A stretch of DNA of 53,565 nucleotides from IMG/VR virus record IMGVR_UViG_3300027728_001630, positions 1 through 53,565 of that record; one strand, given 5' to 3'. Source of the DNA: a virus (Duplodnaviria; Caudoviricetes). How positions within the stretch are numbered: the first letter of the stretch is position 1; each line of letters starts with the position of its first letter. The translations under genes and the position numbers were made by a program. Shown here in pieces: positions 27,701 to 39,700 of this stretch. The notes beneath the pieces were generated by a model. It worked only from the letters and a program-made list of their open reading frames with translations, searched no databases and was not told the DNA's origin.

Positions 27701-30700
27701 ACGACGCAGAGGATGCGGAGAAGGCCCGAAGCCTCCCCGAGGCTGGGACACTGTCGGGCGAGGAAGTCGACAGCATTGTCGATACGTGGACCTACGTTCA
27801 AGAAATGCGCAAGGTTCCAAAACCGCAGAGGCTCAACTCATTCCTGCGCGATCTTGGTGGAATTGTTGACGAAGGTGGCGAGATTAGCGCCATTCTAGGA
27901 AAAAAGCGCAACTCAGGCGGTCTGATCAATGGTAGTGGTATTCCTCTTGATGAAGCGGCTCGCCGCGCATGGGATGCTGGTTTTATCACAACCGCACAGC
28001 GTCCGGGAATCGCGACGTTCCTTGATGTCTTGCGCGACGATTTGAACGACAGCCCTGTCGTCAGGCTGAGCGACATCTCGATCTTTGACGATATTGAAGT
28101 TGCCGTAGAAATGGGCAACGAACTGGCGGAGCTAGGGGTATATGATGCCAAAACCGAAAGCGAAGTCCGCGCGCGTCTCGCCAGCCCCCGAGCCCCTGTC
28201 GCTGCGAGCGAAAGCCGAAGTGGGGCGGTCGGTGGTGCGCAAGGTTCTGGCGAAGCGCTCGGGAACCTCGCCGAAACCTTCGCGGACGCCGCAAAAGTAG
28301 CCAGCCCCGCAACGCTAGTCGTCGAGGCACTATCCCAGCAGATCCCGGTCGAGAGTGTAACGTCGTCGCCCGGTATCACTACGATCGTGATGGGTTTCGA
28401 TCGGCTCAATGATAAGACCGGTGTTCGAGCACCAGACAAGACGGCAGATGAGATCGTATCGGAGGTGCAGCCAGCCACGGCGACAGCGCCAACCTCCAAC
28501 GCCGTCGTCACGCCTGCCGATGGCTGGCGGGACAATCTGGTCAAGACCAGAGCCTACGTGAAAGACCTCGGAATACCTTGGAGCGAAGCCCAGAAGGTAT
28601 GGGGCGACCAACAGGCGCTGTTCGACCTAATCGACCGCACGGCAAATCAGGGCACGTGGAAGGAGCAGTTCCGCGACGCAAACGCCATCATGAAACTCGA
28701 CGATGCAGGCGACGTGATCGGCTCGGTCATGTTCGACGGCAAGTCGTGGGCCGCTCTCGATGCCGAAGGCGGTGTCATTGGTAGGGCGTCAAGCCCAGCC
28801 GGAGCGAAGATACTGGTGAACCTTGCGGCATCGCCAGCGGCTGCCAGCGGCACAGGTCTTAAGCCTGGAACGCCTGAGTTCGACCAAGCCGCTCAGGCGG
28901 CTCGATCCGTTATGGATAGTGCCTCAGTCACGCCAGAAGCCGAGCGCGGCTTCAATCTCGCCATGCAGGCGGCCCGCGCGTTCGCGCTCCGCAACGGTAA
29001 GAAGACCGGCAACGAATACGGTGTGATGGGGTTCCCGAACGGAAAGACCAAAGCCAACAGCGTACCGGCTTCGGCGCGCAAGGCGAGCCAACTGCGGGTG
29101 GACGAAATCACCGCGCCCGAGATGTACCTCGGCGCGCCGAATTCGGTCGACTTCCACCACAACCACCCTGGATCGACATCGTTCAGCCGGGCAGACTACA
29201 CGCACGCAGCCCCGCGCCAGGCGCTCCGCCGCACATGGGTTCACGGCCACAACGGCTCCGAGTATTGGGCAGAGTTCGTTGTCCGAGATCCTGTTATCCT
29301 CGGCCAAGCCTGGGATATTGCCAACGAGGCGACCAAGGGCGCGCTCGGCAGCGACATCGACCTGCCTAAGTTCCGCACGCATCTTGTTGCGCAGATGATG
29401 CGCGAAGGTGGCGTAATCCGGTATGATGCCGTTGCGGGCTTCGAGTATGCGGCGGCAGTCCGCACCGAACAGCGCCTACGCCAAGCCATGGGCGACACAT
29501 GGACTGAAACCGTGGCTGCGATCGCAGCCCTCAAGGAGACCGCCGATGGCGTACTGGATCGACCCGCCCGACCCTCTGGACCCGTTGGAGATGTGGCAGG
29601 GACACCTGGAAGACCTGCTGACGATCCAGGACCCGGACCCGGACGTGCAACAAGCGATCCTCGAAGCGCAGAACCAGATCGCCGAGAAGTCGGGGCAATC
29701 CCAAGCAACGACATCACCGTTGCCAGGACCGACGAGTCCCTCGTCGACGGCCTCATTGCCACTTACGACAAGCCCGTCAGCGATGCCGCCCGAGCCCATG
29801 CCGTCGCCCTTGAACGAGTTGGAACCGACACCAAGTTATTCCACGACCTGAAGGCCAAGATCGGCAAGCTGGTCAAGGCCGACATTGATGCGGTATCGTG
29901 GCTCTACGGCAAGGCCGCGCCGAAGCGCACCAAGGCTCTGCAACTCGACACGATCGAAGCGGAGTTCCAGAAGCGGATCGGCACCGAGGCAGATGCGGCC
30001 ACACTGTCTGGCAACCGTGCGATCGTAACCAGGGACACCGAGGCCAATGCAACTGACCGACGCCGAGCAGAGAGAGATCGACGGGTACGCGCGAGCGAGA
30101 CGCCGGTTCTTGATGGAATCATCCCCCGAGACCTTCAAGGCGATGGAGAAGGCCAAGACGCTGGAGGGTCATCTCGAGGAGACGGCGATCGAGGCGAAGG
30201 AGATGTTCGACCTGACGCACGCTCGGCTGAAAGCGGAAGCGATGAAGGAACAGGAGTTCCAGGCGAGAGTGGAGCTTCTGCAGCAGGCTCCGATCGTGGC
30301 AAGCGAGATCGTGATGAGCGAAGTGATACTGGTGCTGCCATCCTCGCAGCCAAGCGCCAAGCCGATAAAGAGCGAAAAGACCGTCGACGCGAAAACTACC
30401 GGATCACCGAAAACGACCCCATCGGCGAAGGCGGTCCCAAAGAAAAAGTCCGCGCCAACATCGCCGCCATCAGGCTCGTAAAAGAGCTTGCCGAGTCCCC
30501 TGACCGTAAGCCGACGCTGGCCGAAAAGGGCGTGCTGGTCCGCTACGTCGGCTGGGGTGCATTCGCTCAGGACGTGTTCGCCACTCACAAATCAGAGTGG
30601 GCCAAGGAACGCCAGGAACTGATCGACCTCATGACGGCGGAGGAATACGCCAGCGCCAGTGCGTCGACGCTGAATGCCCACTACACATCGCGGAGCGTCA

Positions 30701-33700
30701 TCGATGCGATGTGGGCCGCCGTCGAGCATCTCGGCTTTACCGGTGGCAGGGCGCTGGAGCCATCGTCTGGCGTCGGCCATTTCATCGGCCTGACACCGTC
30801 CAACCTTGCCAAACAGATCGACTGGACCGCCGTCGAACTCGACACGATCACCGGCAAGATCGCGAAGTACCTCTACGAGGGGTCGGACGTTCGCATCTCA
30901 GGGTTCGAGAAAACCAACCTGCCGCCGAATTTCTTCGACCTTGCGATCTCGAACGTCCCGTTCGGCAACTTCACGCTGACCGATCGCAAGTATTCCAAGC
31001 TGCTGATCCACGACTACTTCTTCGCCAAGGGACTCGACCTTGTTCGACCGGGCGGCATCGTCGGGTTCATCACGTCGGCTGGCACGATGGACAAGCCGAG
31101 CACGACGGCCCGTCGTCTGATCGCAAGCAAAGCAGACCTTGTCGGCGCCATCCGACTGCCAGGCGGCCGCACGGGTGCGTTCGCTGGCAATGCCGGCACC
31201 GAAGTAACGACCGACATCATTTTCCTGCGCAAGCGCCTGGAAGGCCAGGAGCAGTCGCCGGAGACCAGGGAGTTCCTGGATAGCGTCACGGTCGAGACGC
31301 CCGACGGGCCGACCAAGATCAACGCCTACTTCGCCAAGCGCCCGGAGATGATGCTAGGCGAGATGCGCCTGACGGGCTCAATGTACCGCGACAAGAGTCC
31401 GGTTCTGGTCGGCTCGACCGACAACATCAAGCAGCGCATTATCGACGCCGCACAGAAAATGCCAGCGAACGTGTTCGTCGAGCGCGGCACCGAGACGGTC
31501 GACATTGGCGACACCAAGGAACTGTCCGATGCAGCGGTCAAGGAAGGCGCGTTCTTCCTCAAGGGCGGCAAGCTGTTCCAGAACGTGCTCGGCCAAGCTG
31601 TTGCGCAGAATGCAACAGGTGCGAAGCTCAAGCGCGCCCGCATGCTTCTCGACATGCGCGACATCGTCAACGACATCATGGCGATCCAGTCGGGCCGGGG
31701 CAAAGGCAAGGCCGAATCCCTGCCGGCGCTGCGCAAGAAATTGAACACGGCCTATGATGCTTTCGTGAAGGCGTTCGGGCCGATCAATAAGAAAACGATC
31801 TCGATCCAGAAGCGCAAGATCAAAGGCGAAGAGCGCGAGATCACGATCGTCAAGTTCCCGAACCTTGCCGATTTCCGCGACGATCCGGACAGCTACAAGG
31901 TCTCGGCGATCGAGAACTATGACGCTGAAAATGACACGGCCACTAAGGCCGCCATCTTCAGCGCCGACATACTGCAGCAATACGTCCGCCCCGACATCAC
32001 CGGGCCCGACGACGCGCTCGCTGTTTCTCTGAACGAGACCGGCAAGGTCGATATCAAGCGCATCGCTGAGATGATGCAGACGTCTGAGGATGAGGCAGCC
32101 GCCAACCTCGGCGAGCGCGTGTTCCTCAATCCCGACGGCGAGAAGCACGAGATCAGCGCGGTCTATCTGTCGGGCGACGTCGTCGGCAAGCTTGAGCAAG
32201 CGACGGCAGCGGCCGAGATCAACCCGGCGTTCCGGCGCAACGTCACGGCACTTGAAGCGGTGCAGCCGACAAAGCTGTCGCGTGTCGACATCCGAACGAC
32301 GTTCGGCGCCCCCTGGATACCAGCCGAAGTGCTGAACGCCTACATCGCGAACGTGCTCAACATCCGCGGCGAAGTGAGGTTTGAGCCGATCACGTCGAGT
32401 TGGATCTGGACGTCCGCCAACGTTTACACGACGCCGTCCGGCCAAGCCGCGTGGGGCACCACAAGGGCCGAAGCGGACGATATCGTCATTGCGGCGCTGA
32501 ACAGCAAGAAAATCACGGTCTACGACAAGGATGAGAAGGGCAACCCGGTTGCTAACCGGACCGCCACCGAAGATGTTGCGGCCAAGGTCCGAGCTGTTTC
32601 CGAGGCATTCACAGGCGACCCAACACTCGGCATGCCCGGCTGGGTCTGGGAAGACGAAGCCCGCGCGCAGATGCTTGAGGACTTATACAACGATAAGTTC
32701 AACCGGCTCGTCACCACGGTCTTTGACGGGTCGCACTTGACGCTGCCAGGATTGGCAACGTCGATCGCACTGCCGAATGGCCAGACAGTGCCGTTCTCAC
32801 TGCGGAAGCACCAGAAAGACGTGATCTGGCGGGCGATCCTGACCGGAAACGTCCTGATGGATCACGCCGTTGGCGCGGGCAAAACCTATGCCATGATCGC
32901 GGCCGGCATGGAGATGAAGCGGCTCGGACTGATCCGCAGGCCTATGTATACCGTGCCGAACCATATGCTTGAGCAGTTCTCGCGCGAGTTCCTCCAGGCC
33001 TACCCCAACGCCAAGATTCTCGTCGCCGAGAAGAAGTATATGGAGGCGAAGAACCGCAAGGCCTTTGCGGCTCGGATTGCTGCCGACAATTGGGACGCGA
33101 TCATCATAACGCACTCAGCCTTCGGCAAACTGCCGATGTCGCCAGAAGCCTATAAGGAGTTCCTGGAGGAACAGAAGGCAGAAATCGTCGAGGCTTGGTT
33201 GACTGCCAAGGGGGAGGCTGAGGATAACGGCAAGCCGTCGCGCGACCCAACCGTCAAGCAGATTGAGCGCAAGAAAAAGGCGATCAAAGCCAAACTCGAT
33301 AAGCTGATGGCGACGGACAAAAAGGATGCCGGCGTCGAGTTTGAAGAGCTGGGTGTCGACTTCCTGATCGTGGACGAGGCCCACTGCTTCCCGAGTGAAA
33401 CGCTGGTCGACACCGACCGGGGCCAAGTCTCTATTGGAGAGATCGTCGAAAACAAACTGCCAGTGCGCGTTCGGAGCGTTGATCACGCTACTGGCGAGAC
33501 TGTTTGGAGGCCTGTCACACAGTTCTGGAAGTACCAGAAACAACAGAAGAAACTTGTTGTAATTCACACGTCGTCAGGGCAAAAGGTTACGTGCACAACG
33601 AACCACCACGTTTTTGTTGACGGACGGGGCTATGTCGAGGCCAAGACTATCGTTGCCGGGGATGCCGTGCGCATCTTGCGGAGTGGCGTTTCGTCCCGCG

Positions 33701-36700
33701 GACTCATGGGCGGCCAAGACCGCGAAGTATTGCAGCACCGCGTGCAAAGCCATGGGTATGCGGAAGCCGCGACCCGACAGAACTTGTCAGATGTGCGGTT
33801 TGACGTTCGCTCAGGAACAGGCAACTTCGCGGACCGTGCAGAAGTTCTGCAGCATAGGGTGTTACCACTCGCACCAAGAGATCAGCGCAGCGCCGATAGT
33901 GTTAGCCTGCGAGACGTGCAGTCGGGAATTCACGCCGGTCGCGCGAGGGCAAGGTGGTCGCGCTCAGAGATTTTGCTCGAAGCCGTGCAAGGGTCTCGCG
34001 CACCGCAAGCCAGTGGCGAAGACGTGCGAGGTTTGTTCCAAGCCGTTCATCTTCCGCAGCAGCGGATCGACCAACAACGCGAAGAGACGGTTCTGCTCAG
34101 GCTCCTGTTCGGCCCGATGGCGGATGGCACAGCCGGGTCGGACCGAGTTGTCGGCGGCTCCAATGCACGCCGCCATGAAGCAGAAATGGAAGACGGACAA
34201 GGAATTCGTACAGCGCGTATCGCAAGCATCATCGGATCGAATGAGGCTGCGGAATCCAATGCGATGCGAAGCCACTCGGTCCCGGATGGCGAAGTCGCTT
34301 TCTGGTCGGACGTTTCTGGCTCGGGGTGGCAACGGACAGACGACCAAGCCACAGATTATGTTGGCCGAGGCGTTGGGCGCGGCACCGATAGAGTTTGCGA
34401 TTTCAACCAAGCCGGTGCGTGGGCAGTTCCCATCGCTCCCGAGCAACTACAAGGTCGACGTGGCCTTGCCGAGCATCCGGCTGGCTATCGAAGTGGACGG
34501 GCTCTCTCATCGCACGAGGAAGTGGAAGTTCCTGGATCGACGGAAAACCGAGATACTGAATGCTCTCGGGTGGTCCGTGTTGAGGTTCTCGAACCAGGAA
34601 GTGCTGACGAACCTGCAAGCTGTTGTCGACCAGATCAATTCGTTTACGACATCGGCGTCGAGGGAGAGCACAACTACTTCGCCGACGGCGTCCTAGTCCA
34701 CAACAGCTATAAAAATCTTGACTACCAGTCGCGTCACTCAAATATCAAAGGAATCGGCGTTAAGGGGTCCGAGCGCGCGACCGACCTTTTCATGAAGATC
34801 CGCCACATCGAGAAGACCAAGCCGGGCCGCTCGACAATCTTTGCCACCGGCACACCCATGTCGCGGTCGATGGCCGAAGTCTACACGATGCAGCGGTATC
34901 TGCAGAGCGCGACGCTGCGCGAGTACGGCATCGAAAAATTCGACACCTGGGCCGCCACGTTCGGCATGGCCGTCACCAAGACAGAGCAGGGCGTAAGCCT
35001 GAAATTGAAGGACGTCACGTCGTTCTCGAAGTTCATCAACGTGCCGGAACTCAGCGCGCTCTACTCGCGCGTGACCAGCAGCGTGACCGCGAACGATCTC
35101 AATCTGGCTCGGCCAGAGCTCAAGGGCGGCCAGCCGCAGGTTGTCCTCGCCGAAATGGATACCGCGCAAAGCCAAGCCACAGACGAACTCATTGCAAAGA
35201 TGGAGGCGCTCAAAGGTCCGGCAGAGAAGGGCGAAGACAACCATCTGTCGCTCTTCACCAAGATGCTGCAGGTCGCGACCGACATCCGTCTCTACGATCC
35301 GAGCGCCGAGTTCAACCCTAACGGCAAGATCGCCAAGGTCGTCGACAACGTCTTCAAGATCTATAGCGAGGGCAAGGCGCCAGCGCTCGGCCAGTTGATC
35401 TTCTCCGACATGGGGCCGCCGAGTTCGCGAAGCAAAGCCGCACCGGCAAAGAAGCCGCGCGACGCTGGCGACGAAAGCGCGATCGACAAGATCCGCGACA
35501 GTCTCATGGTCGATTCCGATGACGATGCCGATGGCGATCCAGACGCCGAAGGCAACGCCGAGATCGAGTCGATGCTTGAAGGCAAGTTCAACCTCTACCA
35601 GGACATCAAGGATCGTCTGGTTGCACGAGGTGTCCCGGCGAAAGAAATCGCCTTCATCCACGACGCCAAGAACGACCAGCAAAAGGCTGAGATGTTCAAG
35701 GCCATGCGGGCTGGCAAGATCCGCATCCTGCTCGGCTCGACAGCCAAGATGGGCGTTGGCACCAACGTCCAGCGACTTCTGACCGCGTTGCACCACATAG
35801 ACGCGCCGTGGAACCCGGCCGACGACGAACAGCGCAACGGTCGTATCCTGCGCCAGGGCAACGAGAACAAGGAAATCTCGATATTCCGCTACGTCACGGA
35901 GGGCTCAGCCGACGCTTACCGGTGGCAGATCCTCGCACGTAAGGCAGAGTTCATCGCGCAGTTCCGAGCCGGCGCGCGCGGATTGCGGGACGCCGAAGAC
36001 ATCGACAGCCCGATCCCGGAAGCCTCTACGCTCAAGGCGCTCGCGACTGGCGATACGCGGATTGTGGAGTTTGCAGAGCTCACCCGCGAATTGCGGGTGA
36101 TGGAAGCCGCCAAGCGCGGCCACGAGCGGACCTACATTTCTGCGGCTCTCTTGCTGGCCGAAACGAGGGCCGAACTCGCTTATCGCGAGAAAGCGCTTGC
36201 CCGGTACGTCCAGGATGCTCCGCTGGTCACCGACCTACGCGGCGATGCGTTCAAGGTCCGGCTCGACACGGGCACTCTCAATGGCGAAGTCACCGAACGC
36301 AAAGCGGCCGGCGAGGCTATCCGTAGCCAAATCCTGGCGGAAATGAAAAACCACAGGGGCCGTGACGCGAACGAAATCGAACTCGGCGCCATGAGCGGCT
36401 TCAAGATGGTCGCCAGCGCTCGCAAGTCGGACAACGGCATTGTCGTCCGGTTCTCTCTGGAAGGGGCGGCAAGCTACCAGCCGGCCGACGGCAACAAGGT
36501 GATCACGGGCGAATCCGATGCCGTCGGCATCGTGAGGCAGTTCGAGAACATCCTGATCGGCATCCCAGGCGTTCGCAAGAACACCGAGAACTTCATTGCA
36601 CGACAGACGGCGGAGCTTCCTCGTCTTGAGAAGCAGTCCGTGGCGACGCCGTTCCCGCGCGCCCTTCAGTTCGCCACGATGAAGGCACGCTACGAGGAAC

Positions 36701-39700
36701 TCGAGGCCGCCCTAAAGCCCAAGCCGCCAGAGGCACCACGTCCGTCTGCTGTATCTGCCATTACGGCTGATGACGATGACGGGTCGATGGCGTCGTTCGT
36801 TGGCGCGACGGATCGCGGCGATGACGTGTTCGCCCGCGCGAGGGCCATGGAAGAGGCCGGGAAGGACCGCTACGCGATCTGGGCCGACACCATGGCGTTC
36901 CGTGGCGCCGACGGCCAATGGCTCCGTGAAGTCGACGACAGCCAGCAACGTGCAGATGCGGCTCCGTCTAAGGGTATTCTGGGGCTTCTGCAGTCTGCCA
37001 TCAATATGGTGGCTGGCACCGGCAGAAACGAGCCAGCGGCCAACCTGGGCGGCGCGGATGGCGTTGGCGGCATTGCCGACGAAGCATCCGACGATCCAGA
37101 GATGCGCGACACCTCGCCAGTCTTCGGCGACGTGCTCGCCCGGCTGACCGAGAAGCGCTTGCGGATGTCCGTCGAAGAGCGCCGCGCGCGGCCGCCGTGG
37201 GAGGACTACGACGTTCCCGAAGCCGACCAAGTCGTGGTCGACGCCACGGAGCGAGCGCAATTCTCTGCGGCAAGCATTCTATTCGAGACCGAAGGGTTCC
37301 AGCGGGTCAGCCCATTGAAGCCCGGCACGGCGCTTGATCCGATCGCGACCGACAAGCCCGGTCCGCTGCTGCGGGAGTTGCAGCAATTCGGGTTCGCCGA
37401 AGTGCAGATGGCGAAATCTGACAGCGCCCGCCGCGCCGCCGCCGACGCCATCAAGGCGCTGCGGCTGATTTCAGAAGTGACAGGGCTTGCCCCGGCGTCT
37501 CTCGGCCGGTCGGCGCCGACCGTCCTAGTGTTTGATACGGCTGCAGACGCCAACGCATCATTCACTTCCGGCCGGCTGTTCGGCATGCAAGTTGCCCCGT
37601 TTGAGATGACAGTTGACGACGGAGTTGGCGGTCGGGCGGTGGTCCATGAGTTCGGGCACATGGTCGACTCGCTCGCGAGTGGCACGCCACAGCGGGAGAT
37701 GACCAGCCGGGCACCCAACTGGCGCAGCCGCGTCAACCTGCTTGCGTCCTACGGCTTGCCGATGCTGGCGACCGGCGGCGTGCCGATCCCTGGCGCCCAT
37801 CTTGCGCTGAAGGCGCTGGATCGCACCGCGTTCAACGGCACCTTGCTTGCTGATCGCGTCCGCACATCCACACCATGGATGTCACCCGGTGTCCGTGCCG
37901 GCTTCGAGAGAGTGCTTGCCGTCCTGGCCGATGGACAGGGGGTGGCGACAGGTGTGCCGGAGGCTGTCACCCGGTGGCGCGAGTCCTATGCCGCTTACAA
38001 GTCGGCGCTTCAGGAGCAGGCTTACGAAACCTCGAGCGCAGAAACGATCATTGAAGATGCCGTCGCGGCCGGCGATCTGTTGCGTGCGCTGGATAACGAC
38101 GTCGAAACGCTCCGTTTTGCTGCGCTCGACGGCGACACGACCACGATCCAGGCCAACAGCCAACGGCTTCAGGATCAATTGCAGGCGGTAGGTGACCGGC
38201 TTGAAGCGGTTACGGCCTCGACGGACGCCGCTCGAGACCTGCTGGTTGAAACCAGCGCGCTGATGACGGTTCTCGAGAAGTCGACGGCAGGCGAAGCGGG
38301 TTCACCCCCGATCGTCGGGACCTACCTTTCCCGTCCCGAGGAACTCTTTGCGCGAGCGTTTGAACATTACGTGGCGCAAAAGGCCATAGAGCGTGGCTAT
38401 CCAAAGGATCAGATAGACGAGATATTCGCCGGTCATGACATTGGTCCTTTTGCGACGCCGGGAACCGACGCTTCAAGGGAGATAATTGGGGGCTTCGAGC
38501 AGATCTTCAAGGCGGTCGTCACCGACGGGCGTGGTCACCTGTACTTTACCGAGCCGCCGGCCGCCGCCGCTGGGCCTGACGCTCAGATGGCAGAGCTACG
38601 CCGCACACTGAAAAGGGAACTGAGAAATGTCCAAGGCCGAGCCAATGGCGCTGCTGTCGGGGTTGATCGCCAGAGCGGAGAAGTTGCCGAAGGGGCGGTC
38701 GGACCGGAAGGCGCTGTTGAGGGACGCGCAGAAGGCGCTCGAGATCGCGCTGTCACCGCCATCGTCAGCGACAAGCAACTTGCCGATGCCTTCCTCTCGG
38801 CCGAACTCAGGCCGGACGCCGTCAAGGTTCGCGCCGTCCAGCAAGGGTTCACGACCCGGGCAACCGGCGACGTCAGCAGCCTCGAAGCCTTCCCCAGCGA
38901 CGGCACCTTCGGACTCCATGCCGCCCTCGCTCCGCCAGCCCCCCGTCAAAGCATAGGCGAGCGGATGCTGGCCTGGGCCGGCCTTGCCCCGGCAAAGGTC
39001 GAGTCCGAGCCCGCACTGCGCATTCGGCAGATGCGGTCGATCCGTATGCCAGACATTGTCGACTGGCACGATCCTGCCGCGTGGGCGACTGCCATGGCGA
39101 CCGGCGTCTACGACGGTCCAGAGCTACTGACGCGGTTCGTCACCGAGTGGCAGGCAGTAAATCAGCCGGTAATGCCACGAGACGTGACAGACCACCGGTT
39201 CTCGATGGCTATGGCCGACGAACTCTCGCGCCTGGGCTACGAGGCTGTCGTCTACCGCGGCGCCGATCGGGCCGAGCGGGTCATGGTGTGGGAGCCGGAG
39301 CGCATTCGATCGGCCGACGATGCGTTCCACCCGGACGCGGTGGGTGAGATCGGGCTCAATGCGTCCGAGCCGTTCGTCGAGCAGGATCTGCGCGATCGGC
39401 TGAACCGGATGCTTCGCGAAGAGGGGATGTCCGAAGAGGAAACGACGACGTTCGACGATGACGGCAGCATGGCGTCGCTCGTGCCGCGCCGGACGAACGC
39501 CGACGGCTACGTTCTGATGCTGCCATACGAGGCAGAGTGGGGCGACAACCGGTTCAATCCGGACGATGCGGCTCGAGCCAAGGCTCGAATGCGCGAGGTG
39601 CTTGATCTCGACCCGGCCACCGCGTCGTGGGACGATCTCGTGTCTGGCTGGCGCGATGCCAACCAGATCATCGCAAACATGATGTATTTCGCGCCGGATA

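Noticed and set aside
36770-37147. +1-frame ORF across the LPD23-like region as another nested gene
   Set aside because: No RBS, not protein-like, and the host frame has a real domain here
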